From Amoebidium appalachense (Eukaryota > Protista > Ichthyosporea): DNA of 64,000 nt. The stretch is taken from NCBI GenBank assembly GCA_963693365.1, contig CAVNZM010000013.1, forward strand, positions 3,624,722 through 3,688,721, in the 5' to 3' direction. The position numbers and the translations under genes were made by a program. The notes under the pieces are model-generated. The model saw only the letters and a program-made list of their open reading frames with translations, was not told the origin of the DNA and ran no database searches. Each line of letters opens with the position of its first letter. The stretch's first letter is position 1. Of the stretch, positions 34,754 to 45,629 are shown piece after piece.

Positions 34754-35923
34754 ATGCCGCCGAAAAAGCGCCAGGCCTCAGCCGCCGCCCCTGCCGCGGC
34801 ACCTAAGCGCCTGACCCGCAGCGACCTCCGCCACAGGCTGACCAACGCTCCCGCGGACACTGACGCGCCTCCAGCGGCCCATACCACCACGGACCCGGAC
34901 CCGCCGGCTACTCTCCCCTCCACCCCTGAAGTCCCCCCTCAGGCCCCGCCGTCCCCGCAGATGACTTCTCAAGACGCCGTCCTGGCCGCCCTCACCGCCA
35001 TCAGCACCCAGATGGCTGGCGTCCTGGCTGCTCTCACCAACCGCGACCCTCCCGCGCCCCCCGCCGCGCCCTCCACACCCGGGGAGGTTTCCCCGGGGCT
35101 GCATCTCGGCCCTGACCTGGACCTGCCTGCCCTGCCCGCGCCCCCCATCACAGGTGAGAACACTGGCGACATTCAGCCGGGCACACTCCCGCTTCCCCCC
35201 GCGGATGTGCTGGCAGATTTGCGCGCCAATCGTTTCGTCGACCTGTATAAGTTCACCCCCGCCGCCCTCCTGGCCCCATCCAAGAAAGGTCAGCATCTGC
35301 GCATGGCCGACGACGGCAGCATCGAGACTTTTCGCCAAGACAAACCCGTTCCCCTGCGTTCACTCGTCATTTGGATCCAAGCTTGGACCCATTACATGGC
35401 CGCCAAGCACCACCTCGGCCTTCCCACGGACAAAGACGTACTTTGGACTCAGCACATCACTCGCCTCAGCACCCGATACCCGTGGGCCCAGATCCACAAC
35501 TATGACGTATACGCCCGCACCGTGGCCCACCAGCAGGGTCGGGCTCCGATCGAGTGCCCCAACCTGCTCGCCCAACTCCACCAGGATCTCCTCCTGCCAC
35601 CCACCCTGCTCATCCAGGACGCATGTCAGCGCTGTGGCTTCCCCGACCACCCCAGCGCGGCCTGCCCCATGTACCCCAAGCCCGGCTGTGGTCTTGACGG
35701 CTTTAAGCCGCCCCACAAGCCCGGCGGGGGTCACACCCCTAACCGCCCTGGCCCGCAACCCGGCCCGGCCAAACCGGCCCGACCCGTGGATCTACCCGCG
35801 ACGCACTGCAGGAATTTCCACATTAACGGTCGGTCCTGCGCTAAGCAGCCCTGCCCCTTCTCCCACGTGTGCCCGCTCTGCTCTGGCACACACCCCCGCA
35901 AAGACTGCAAGCACAATGCCTAG
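34754..35923 (+). CDS. Ngaro Gag-like ORF1
   Basis: 389 aa with a Pro-rich N-terminus, the DIRS-gag-like core (FVDL...WIQAWTHY...YPWAQIHNYD) and C-terminal zinc knuckles (CQRCGFPDHPSAAC; CRNFH...CPFSHVCPLCSGTHPRKDC). Confidence 0.9.
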   Translation: MPPKKRQASAAAPAAAPKRLTRSDLRHRLTNAPADTDAPPAAHTTTDPDPPATLPSTPEVPPQAPPSPQMTSQDAVLAALTAISTQMAGVLAALTNRDPPAPPAAPSTPGEVSPGLHLGPDLDLPALPAPPITGENTGDIQPGTLPLPPADVLADLRANRFVDLYKFTPAALLAPSKKGQHLRMADDGSIETFRQDKPVPLRSLVIWIQAWTHYMAAKHHLGLPTDKDVLWTQHITRLSTRYPWAQIHNYDVYARTVAHQQGRAPIECPNLLAQLHQDLLLPPTLLIQDACQRCGFPDHPSAACPMYPKPGCGLDGFKPPHKPGGGHTPNRPGPQPGPAKPARPVDLPATHCRNFHINGRSCAKQPCPFSHVCPLCSGTHPRKDCKHNA

Positions 35924-36203
35924 TCTACGCGCACACCCACGCACACAGCTAGAACATAGGGGTTCGGAGCTAGGACACACGAGTACAGGGAAACGGAGCT
36001 CGGGAGAACGGGCCAATAGGGCTGAGTACAAAATTTCGCAGGCCAACTACGGCGCCCGCGCGCGTCAAGAATAAATGTCCCTATACAAAGACGTTTATTC
36101 TGGCCACTGCACATAATTTTACTCCCCCCCCCCCCATCCCACGAGCCTCCCCCCCCTTACACTCACCTAGCACTCCCTCCCCCCCCCCCTTTCTTCTACC
36201 GCT

Positions 36204-38048
36204 GTGTCCGCCCACACCCCCGCGTGCTCGGGCACATTCCCCTGCACAGGGCCCCGCTGCCCTCCCTGCCAACCCTCACTTGGGCCAAGCTGCCCTACTC
36301 TAACCCCCCGGGGCCCTGCTGCCCCCCCCCCCCCCCCCCCCAAACCCCCCCCCCCCCCCCCCCCGCTGCCGGGATCTCCCCAAGGGTACACCACCCTTGC
36401 TAACCACCCCTTCCCCCGAGGCTCAGACCCGGAGGCCCGCCCGCTGCCCCAGCACCACATTGACACCTCCCGCCTCCGGGAACTGCTGGCCTCCTACCCG
36501 GACCAACCATTCGCCGCACAACTCCTCCACGATGTCGAATTCGGCGTCGACATCGGCTATCGCGGCCCCTCCACCTCTCGGGTGGGCCCCAACCTACCCA
36601 CCACCCCGGAGGCAGCTGCCGCTATCACGGTGGATATTGCCAAAGAAGTCGCCCTCGGCCACCTGCGCGGCCCCCTCTCCCCGGCCCAATTCTTTGACGA
36701 ATTTCCCGTCCACCGTTCCTCCCCCATCGGCGCCGTTACCAAGAAAGGGAACCCCCCCAAGTACCGTCGAATCCACCACCTCTCCTGGCCCCGGGGTAGC
36801 AGCGTCAATGACAGCATCACCTACCCCGACGAACTTCAGTACATTCGCGCCCGGGATGTCACCCAACTCATTCTCGACGCAGGCCCCGGCTGCTACATGG
36901 CCGTGGCAGATGTGCAGGCTGCCTTCCGGCACATGCCCATCCGACCGGAAGACCACCACTTAATGGCATTCAAATGGCAAGGGCATTTTTACGTTGAAAC
37001 CAGACTGCCCTTCGGCCTGAAATCTAGCCCAGCCATCTGGGAACGGATCGCGGCCACCCTACAATGGCTGGCACACCAGCACGGTATTACCCTCATCCGC
37101 CACTACGTAGACGACTGGATTATAGTCGCCCCCACACAACAGCAGTGCCAACGTCACCTATCCACCTTTCTGCAACTCTGCCGAGAGCTGCACATTGCCA
37201 TCTCCGAAGACAAGATGCAGGGCCCGGCTACCCGTGTCGTCTTCATCGGTATCGAATTCGACTCCATCGCCATGGAGGCACGAATCCCGGCTTCCAAGCT
37301 CTCGGACCTACTCGACCTCACTTCCCACCCAAAGCCCACCATCACCATTCGGGACCTCCAGTCCCTCCTCGGCAAACTCACCTGGTGTGCCCAGCTGGTT
37401 CCCCCCGGGAGGGCCTTCTCCCAGCGCCTATGGGCCCTTCTCCGGACCCACCCACACCTTGCCGGCCACCACCACATACGACTGACTGCTGCCGCCCGGG
37501 CCGACATAGCCGAATGGCACCAGTTCCTCACATCATGGAATGGGGTGCACCTCATCACACCCCCCACATACACCACCCTGGCCACTGATGCTGCCGGATC
37601 GGTGGGTCTAGGTGGCCACTGGCTCGACCAATGGTTCTTCATGCCCTGGTCCCCCTCCACCCAAGCCCTCTATGCTCATGAGGGTAAACTCGGTTCTTCC
37701 GTCATCGAACTCCTGGCCATCGCAGCCGCCGTGGCCCTCTGGGCCCCCTCCTGGTCCACCCACCATGTCCGTATTTTATGCGACAACACGGGTGCTGTGT
37801 CTGACCTGCACTCCCGGTCTTCCCCCCACCCCGTGATGGCCAAACTTATTCGGTTCATCACCCGCATGGAAATGCAATACCAATTTACGTTACAGGCATC
37901 CTACCTACCAGGACCCCTCAACCATCTGGCCGATGCCATTTCTCGTAACCAACTTCCCCGGGCCCGACGACTCCGACCTTCCCTGCAACCGGAGCCCTGC
38001 CCCTTCCCCTCCTGGGTCCACGAGTTCCTATCCCTTCCCTTGGGCTAA
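36204..38048 (+). CDS. Ngaro reverse transcriptase-RNase H (start uncertain)
   Basis: RT motifs KYRRIHHLS, ADVQAAFR, LPFGLKSSP and YVDD. RNase H motifs ATDAA, IELLA, CDN and NHLADAISR. No upstream in-frame ATG. Confidence 0.95.
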   Translation: MSAHTPACSGTFPCTGPRCPPCQPSLGPSCPTLTPRGPAAPPPPPPKPPPPPPPLPGSPQGYTTLANHPFPRGSDPEARPLPQHHIDTSRLRELLASYPDQPFAAQLLHDVEFGVDIGYRGPSTSRVGPNLPTTPEAAAAITVDIAKEVALGHLRGPLSPAQFFDEFPVHRSSPIGAVTKKGNPPKYRRIHHLSWPRGSSVNDSITYPDELQYIRARDVTQLILDAGPGCYMAVADVQAAFRHMPIRPEDHHLMAFKWQGHFYVETRLPFGLKSSPAIWERIAATLQWLAHQHGITLIRHYVDDWIIVAPTQQQCQRHLSTFLQLCRELHIAISEDKMQGPATRVVFIGIEFDSIAMEARIPASKLSDLLDLTSHPKPTITIRDLQSLLGKLTWCAQLVPPGRAFSQRLWALLRTHPHLAGHHHIRLTAAARADIAEWHQFLTSWNGVHLITPPTYTTLATDAAGSVGLGGHWLDQWFFMPWSPSTQALYAHEGKLGSSVIELLAIAAAVALWAPSWSTHHVRILCDNTGAVSDLHSRSSPHPVMAKLIRFITRMEMQYQFTLQASYLPGPLNHLADAISRNQLPRARRLRPSLQPEPCPFPSWVHEFLSLPLG

Positions 38049-38104
38049 CCCCCCCCCCCCCCCCCCCCCCCCCAGATCTCCCGTTCCGGAGCAACACTGG
38101 CAGA

Positions 38105-39136
38105 TTGGCCCCCCACTTTGCTCCGGCCGAGCTGCTTCGAGCCACCACTACCCTGCAGGAATGCCAGGCCCTGAGTCTCAACCTCGACTCTCGGGCCTTT
38201 TACTCCCGGGTGCAAAAAGTGTTCATCGATTTCTGTGTGGCATCTCGGCTGCAATCCTCCTCCGGGTCCTCCCTCCCGGCCTCCCCACACACCGTGCAAC
38301 TTTTTCTCGCCTGGTGTGCCCAACGAGGGGTACAGGCCTCTTCCTTAACCGGCTACAATTCGGCCATCACCAGGCTCCACCTCGACATGGGCCTCCCTGC
38401 TCCCTACCCCCACGACAAGTCTCTGGCCTGGTTCCTACGGGGGGTGGGCCGATGGCAGCTTTCTCACAACATCCGACCCCGCTCATCCACCAGGGAACCC
38501 CTCCTCCCCTCCCACCTCCGCCTACTCCATGGCCAGTGCCCCACCAAGGCCTCCTCGGCCAATCTCCGGCTATGGACGGCCCTCATCGTCGGTTTCTGTG
38601 GTCTCCTCCGTTCAGGGGAATTTACCTCCAAGACCCTGACTTCTTTCGACCCGTCCCGTCACGTTAAACGGAAGGACGTGACCTTCAGCTACACCCCCAC
38701 CGGTACTTTGTCCCATGCCACCCTCCACCTGCCAACCTCTAAGACGGATGTACAGGCCCGAGGTGTCAACGTCACCCTAGCTGCCCTGCCCCTCACCCAC
38801 TTCTCCCCAGCCCATCTCCTCCGGCAGTTCCTGGATACAACGTCCGGTCAACCCGACGACCCCCTCTTCAGTCTCGGTGGCATCCCCTACACCAAGAGTG
38901 TTTTCTCTGCCGATTTCCGTGCCCTCCTCTCCCGGGCAGGCCTCTCACCCTCCCGGTTTGCCGGACACAGCCTCCGCATCGGGGGGGCCACAGCACTGGC
39001 TGAGGCCGGGGTCGACGACTCCCGGATCAAACAACTCGGCAGGTGGTCCTCCGACTGCTTCCTGATCTATACCCGACTTCGTCCGGCCTCCATTGCTGCC
39101 ACCACCACACGTGTATTCGCCTCTATTCTTAAGTGA
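38105..39136 (+). CDS. Ngaro tyrosine recombinase (start uncertain)
   Basis: Catalytic set is present: R (LRSGEF), K (SKTD), HxxR (HSLRIGGAT), W (LGRWSS) and Y (LIYTR). Confidence 0.95.
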   Translation: MAPHFAPAELLRATTTLQECQALSLNLDSRAFYSRVQKVFIDFCVASRLQSSSGSSLPASPHTVQLFLAWCAQRGVQASSLTGYNSAITRLHLDMGLPAPYPHDKSLAWFLRGVGRWQLSHNIRPRSSTREPLLPSHLRLLHGQCPTKASSANLRLWTALIVGFCGLLRSGEFTSKTLTSFDPSRHVKRKDVTFSYTPTGTLSHATLHLPTSKTDVQARGVNVTLAALPLTHFSPAHLLRQFLDTTSGQPDDPLFSLGGIPYTKSVFSADFRALLSRAGLSPSRFAGHSLRIGGATALAEAGVDDSRIKQLGRWSSDCFLIYTRLRPASIAATTTRVFASILK

Positions 39137-39164
39137 AACCTTTGGAGCAAGCATACTGCTCTCG

Positions 39165-39254
39165 TGCCGTGGTTTACAACCATTGCAGGTTCACTTTCGT
39201 CCAAGGGGATGTCCCCCTAGAGGCAACACACGTCCCGGAGTAGTTTTTCATAGA
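39165..39254 (+). repeat. Ngaro repeat B1
   Basis: 90 bp TGCCGTGGTTTACAACC...TTTTTCATAGA, abutting A2 and repeated at 39734-39823. Confidence 0.95.
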
Positions 39255-39604
39255 GGTTTTATTTGTGGAAATTATTGACATAAATATTTTTCTGGGTAAA
39301 CACGTAGGATGGGTGTTCAATACCAACATAACCATGTAGGCTTCATTTCGTGTTTTAGCAGTTAGCGGTTGGCTGCCCGCACACGGGCACCTATTAGCCA
39401 GTCAAAACATCAGATACCACAGATCACTAGACCGAGTTATGATTGGCTCGGATCAGATTTCACATATCACTAGATCGATTTTTGATTGGTTCAGATCGGT
39501 AGGCTTAGGTATATAAGCACGACAGTTTTTAGCAGATCAGCAAGCTACAAACACATCTTCTGTGTTTAGCATCCACAGCCTTACAGCTATATATTCCTTT
39601 TCAC
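39254..39604 (+). repeat. Ngaro repeat A2
   Basis: Direct copy of 34364-34714. Confidence 0.95.
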
Positions 39605-39733
39605 CCACCCACCTACACCCACACACAACCCCCATTGATCCACACATACGTGCTGTTTTTTCACGGGGCGAAGCCTTCCCCCGTTTTTTGGGCACATGGA
39701 CCTCACGGATCAATAAATTGATGACTGGGGGCT

Positions 39734-39823
39734 TGCCGTGGTTTACAACCATTGCAGGTTCACTTTCGTCCAAGGGGATGTCCCCCTAGAGGCAACACAC
39801 GTCCCGGAGTAGTTTTTCATAGA
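39734..39823 (+). repeat. Ngaro repeat B2 (right terminus)
   Basis: Direct copy of 39165-39254. Confidence 0.95.
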
Positions 39824-40648
39824 TTGACACGTCTGATTGGTTTGCTGTGCAAGCCGTCTACTATAGTAGAACATTTATTATAATAAACTTAGTTACGCTT
39901 GCTGGGCAAGCCCTCGAGTGTTAATCAATACATCTGCCTAAGCACCTACGGTACAGTGCTTAACTCAGGTTTGACCGTGACGATCTCAAAGCCCAACTTG
40001 AGAACGAGTACCACAAAAGACCCCCCTCACATCCTCCTCCTACTACGGTACAAATCAATCAGTCAAGTTGCACAGAAAACACCCCGGACACCGCCCGAGT
40101 TGTCCTCAGAACCCACGCATATGTACACGAATACAGCACGCAACTTTGCAAAAACGGCCAAGACAGACAGCAGTGCAAGGGCTGCACATGCGCCCAGGTG
40201 CACGCCTGTACATGTGGAGGGTCCGGCATCTGCGGGAGCAGATCTACCCTCACCAACGGGCCACCTGAACGCCCCTTCCCCCCACAACTGATGAGTATGC
40301 ACTATAGCTACAACCATAGGTTAAAGCGGCATATGTTTTCAACTCAACCGATGACCTTTACCTTACTAACGGTTGCAAGTTGTGTGTTCCACCGGTACCG
40401 CCTCTCTCTGATTCTGAAAGTTGGTCTATAAATACTCTGAGCATGGCCTACTATAGAGGTCTTACTGCATGGCAAACATGCATTGGAAAGACCGTGACAA
40501 GCAAGCCCCCCAGTGTATATACATCATCTGACGCTCATGTACATAAAGGCTGTGGCCCACATTTTCGAATCATATTAACATTATGTCATGGTTAAGACAA
40601 ACACCACACCGGCCTATATGTGTGACAGGTCCCCCTGGGATTCCCACC

Positions 40649-40675
40649 TACCATCTACTGAGGCGGTGTCTCCTT

Positions 40676-40716
<41 letters not shown>

Positions 40717-40780
40717 TTAAAAGGGACCGTCTGAGTAGATGTATAACGTCGCACGTGCGGCAACACGTCAGTACGTGTTA
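40649..40780. mobile_element. Miniature element with 11-bp TSD, copy 1
   Basis: Flanked by the exact direct repeat GGATTCCCACC (40638-40648, 40781-40791). Homologous to 42636-42746. Confidence 0.88.
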
Positions 40781-41021
40781 GGATTCCCACCGGTACCCCG
40801 GCCTAATATTAGTCATCACCCAACCGGACCCCTTTCCCTGCCGCGCCCACCAGTAGCAGACCCAGAGCTAGTAAAAGAAAAACGACGTCCCGCAGTGGAC
40901 CTGCAGTGATCGACTAGTGGACGATGACTTTTTGAGAATGGGATCCCTCTACCCCAACCCCCGCCCATCCGCCCCGCCCCTTCCCCCACCCCACCCCCAC
41001 CCCAAGCCTTGTAACCTTCTT

Positions 41022-41083
<62 letters not shown>

Positions 41084-41248
41084 ATCATGCCGATATATAT
41101 ATATATGGTATTTATATGATGTATATATATATCAGCGGATGATATATGATATATATGTATATATATACGCACCTACACACACATGCTTTGACACGATAAT
41201 GTAACACACACGTGCACGTACGCATGTGCGCGTACACACGCGCACACG

Positions 41249-41318
<70 letters not shown>

Positions 41319-41384
41319 GACACACAGACACACACATACACACAGACACACACACACACACGCGCGCGCGCGCACGCACGCACC

Positions 41385-41441
<57 letters not shown>

Positions 41442-41790
41442 GCGCACACACACATACACACATACAAGCGCACAAATTTATAAAGTTTAACACACAACAC
41501 ACAGGTGCCAACCAACTCCAAAAATGCTTCGACAGCCGCCATCGGCTGCACCGAATCTTTGCTGCAGCGAATCTTTCCAAACAACACGACACCACCCTCC
41601 CAACACAGCTCAAATATTCGTCGATAGTTTTGTTGCAAACCGGTAATCAGGAACCACTCGAAGGCTAACTTGTTTGCAAGTAGGCCGATTCCGCCAGCAC
41701 TAACCAGGTCAGGACCGTCGGCCGGGGGGTGGGCAGAGGGGCTCAAGAGTGGGGGAGAAAGGGGAGGGGGGGAGAGGATCCGGGAGGTGA

Positions 41791-41912
41791 GGATGTGTTA
41801 TAAAGTACAGAGTACACATTCGTGACAGACAACGCATGGGAGAGTGCAAACCGCTCAAAGAGTATGTGTAATAAGCAAACCCCATCCTCAGGGGAGGCCT
41901 AAGTCATCCACG
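41791..41912 (-). mobile_element. Diverged copy of the poly-C/G-associated element
   Basis: AAAGAGTATG...AATAAGCA...CCCATCCTCAGGGGAGGCCTAAGTCATCCAC with G-rich flanks. Confidence 0.65.
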
Positions 41913-41969
41913 TAGGGGGAGGGGGGAGGAAGGAGGGGGGGGGGTGGGGGAGGAAGGAGGGGGGGGGGA

Positions 41970-42003
<34 letters not shown>

Positions 42004-42635
42004 CTAGCTAGGAAAACGAAGTGCACACCTAGAAAGTGCAATCATCGATAATACAGGCAGGCACACAGAGGCAGCGTGGTTAAAGGGCACGTGCAGTTGT
42101 TAAGTCTAAAATCCATGTTCAACCGTGTTCACCGCTGAAATGTAAGTGTAACACACCCGTTTCCTGTGTGTGTTGTATTGGACGCAAAGGTTCAAGTGCT
42201 TGAAGTTCTTATGCTCCCATTTGCCCCCAGGTAACCAAACTGCTGTAGCACACACTTTTGGGTACACTTCCAAACAACAGAGGCTGATCAGCGAGTGAAT
42301 CACTCGGCACCGAGCACCCAAGCTTAAAAGGTGTAAGAATGGTGGCCGAAGTGGATACAAGCACATGTTACGGCGCCGCCCATGAATTGAACACCTATGT
42401 AATAATATACACACTTTTAATCATATAGATCATCTCTGAACCTATCCGAATATATATCAGCTTACACCACTGACAGCTGCAGGCCTATACGGCCTACATC
42501 CCCTCACACAGCTGCACAACTTTTCTTCTGCTTTTTTGCCCCACTGGACCAAGCTACTCAAAAAAAGTTTGTACACCTTCGGCAATCACTTGCAATACAG
42601 AGTAGAGTATATAACCTTAAAGTTGCCTTTCGGGC

Positions 42636-42746
42636 TACCACCTACTGAGGCGGTGTCTCCTTTCTTTTTTTTTTTTTTTTTACTTAAAAGGGACGCCTGA
42701 GTAGATGTATAACGTCGCACGTGCTGCAACACGTCAGTACGTGTTA
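42636..42746. mobile_element. Miniature element with 11-bp TSD, copy 2
   Basis: Flanked by the exact direct repeat GCCTTTCGGGC (42625-42635, 42747-42757). Confidence 0.88.
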
Positions 42747-43479
42747 GCCTTTCGGGCAGCCCATCGGTGAAAATCATGGGTGTTTCATTTTCTCCGGCCC
42801 ACCTCTCAGGAAGTTCCTAAGTTTCGTTGGTGCAGACCGACAATGTGTCAGGTTCATCTAATTATATCTCTCTAATTTGCACACATGGTATTCTGGTATG
42901 CACAGCGACATGCAAAAAAATAGGTGCTCGTATTTTTTTGTTATCTCGTTTAAACCTGGAGGAGCCCTCTCGGGGTCCCCATAGCAACTACGGTCTTTTA
43001 CCCCTACCACCTATTGAGGTGGTGCCTCATTGTCCTTCCTACCTCAGCAGAAATGTCTCGCTAGTAATGACAATGCTTATCTGTGTACGCGAAGTGACTT
43101 CTGCGAGTCGGTACTACCCCAGGCCCCCCCCTGCCCGCCTGGTTCCCCCTGTCCCCCCCCCCCCGCGCCCCCCCTTCCCCCTCCCCGCCCCCCTCTCGCA
43201 CTCGTCTCCAGTCGCCCCGCCGCGCACACACACAGCACACACTTTCACGTATTCAAATCGCACGTACCTGCACACGCATGTACCACACACGGACACGAGG
43301 GCACAAACTGTGACCAGCGATGAGCACCCGACATGAACATGCAGATACACTCAACGGCGGCCACACCACACACACATACATTCCCGGCCACACAGATACA
43401 CACACGAACACTGCATATTGAGCCGGATAACTTTGCCCACATTACTTACTTAATAATAGTTGACCGTTGCAAGTGTGTG

Positions 43480-43555
<76 letters not shown>

Positions 43556-43861
43556 GTGGGTGTGTGTGTGTGTTGTGGGTGTGTGTTGTGGGTGTGTGTG
43601 CGGCGTGCGCGCCCATGTGCACATACATTTACTTGTGTGATTAACGAGCAGGTGAGGGGGGGGGAGGTGGGAGGTGAGTGTTAATAGGGGCCAGGGGGGG
43701 GGGGGGGAGTCGGGTCGTTCAACCAAAATGTTATAGAGCATTTTATAGTTACTGTACACATTTGCCCTGGACTCAACAAACTTTTAGACCTTGCAAGGCA
43801 AAGAACACACAATGAGTGTGCATCCGGAAGAAGAAGGGCACCAGCAGTAAGGGGTGGTAAA

Positions 43862-43892
<31 letters not shown>

Positions 43893-43971
43893 TTGTGTGT
43901 GCATGTCACGGTGTGTGTGTGGGTGGGTGGGTGGGTGGGTGTGTTTGGTGTGAGTGTGACTCTGTGTGTGT

Positions 43972-44029
<58 letters not shown>

Positions 44030-44316
44030 GGCATTTTAACGAAATTTTAGACTCAAAATCACATTTACTAAGTAAAATTGTATAACGTTAGGCAGGTTTG
44101 AGCATAACATTATGCACGTTTCAAAAAATTAAAAATGCAATAACTCGGGAACGCGCGACGAAAATGCATCAAAATCTCACAGTTAGTGTGTTTTTATACC
44201 CCCTGCACACAAACGTTTAGATAACAGCATAACAGTGTGATCTGGTCAAGCGATCATGAAAAAACATTAAAAAAAACTTTAAAAAAACTGTACGTCAAAT
44301 TTTTCGGTAAAATCCC

Positions 44317-44369
<53 letters not shown>

Positions 44370-44413
44370 TGGGTGTGTGGGTGTGGGTGTGGGTGTGGGT
44401 GTGTGTGGGTGTG

Positions 44414-44491
<78 letters not shown>

Positions 44492-44623
44492 CAGTGTGCG
44501 CGTGTGGTGCTTGTGTGATGCTTGTGTGTGTATATGTGCACGTGGGGGGGAGGAGGGAGGGGGGGGGGGGGGGGGGGGGGGGAGGGGGGGGGGGGGAAGC
44601 AGGGGAAGAAGGAGGGGGGGGGG

Positions 44624-45011
44624 GATGTGCATCAGTGGCCAAAACGGGAGAAATGCCTCCAAAAAAAAGAAAAAAGTATCGACTACATGTACAAAGTTTG
44701 TGGATAGAAAAGTGACTCTGACCATGATCACGCGCATGGGCGCGCGCGGGATGGGGGTGGGGGGGGGGGGGGGGGGGGGGGGAGGGGGGACCCACCACCC
44801 CACCAACCCAGGTGGGTCCCTCCCCCCCGCAGGGGGGGGGGGGGGGGGGGGGGGGGGAGGGGGGACCCACCCACCCCTGCGGCTACCTTGGGGAGGGGGG
44901 AACCACCCACCCCCCGGAGGGGGTCCCCCCACCCCGGAGTACAGGGCGGACGTCGATATTGTTAACTACTCCCCCTCCCCCCATTTCAAGTAACTGTTGA
45001 AAAATCCCTAA
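44624..45011. repeat. Dispersed repeat, copy 1
   Basis: Ordered blocks ACCATGATCACGCGCATG, CCAGGTGGGTCCCTCCC, CCCTGCGGCTACCTTGGG, GGACGTCGATATT, CCCATTTCAA and AAAAATCCCTAA are shared with 56852-57169. Confidence 0.8.
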
Positions 45012-45187
45012 TCCTGTTCGATTGGATGAAGATCACGTACGGAGGGCCCGAACTAGGCTCTGTGATTGGCGGACGCTTCATGTACAGCTGCAGCTCACAC
45101 ATGTTGTCAGTGTATGCGTCGAGTACGCCACCCAGAAATCTGCCAACTGCTGATGAGTATGTTGTTATCGGTCCTCCCCCTCCCCCT

Positions 45188-45218
<31 letters not shown>

Positions 45219-45480
45219 CCACCACCACTACCACCACCACCACCACCACCACCACCACCACCCACCCAAAGTCGTGGGGCCTAAAGTCGAAAGGGGTTTA
45301 CGCTGTTTACTCGAGGCAAAGAGAGACCAGTCTCAGGTATGGGGGGTTTTGCTCGGAATATTTCCTCAGCGGTATATCATGATCACGTGCATAGATGTCG
45401 GGTGATGACTATATATCAGGTTTTACTTTCTCTACGGGACACCATAAAGACTAAGAAAAATCAATTAGTTGGGGTTCCCC

Positions 45481-45547
<67 letters not shown>

Positions 45548-45576
45548 CTCCCCTGGGACACTCGGTATCAGCTGGT

Positions 45577-45628
<52 letters not shown>

Positions 45629-45629
<1 letters not shown>

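Larger units (their letters stand above)
34364..39823 (+). mobile_element. Ngaro-type DIRS-order (tyrosine recombinase) retrotransposon, apparently full length
   Basis: Split direct repeats in A1-[gag, RT/RNaseH, YR]-B1-A2-spacer-B2 order. No target-site duplication is evident. Repeat pairs look identical by eye. Confidence 0.95.

Noticed and set aside
41500-41750. Possible orphan exon
   Set aside because: Open on both strands with no recognisable motif or joinable neighbouring exons.
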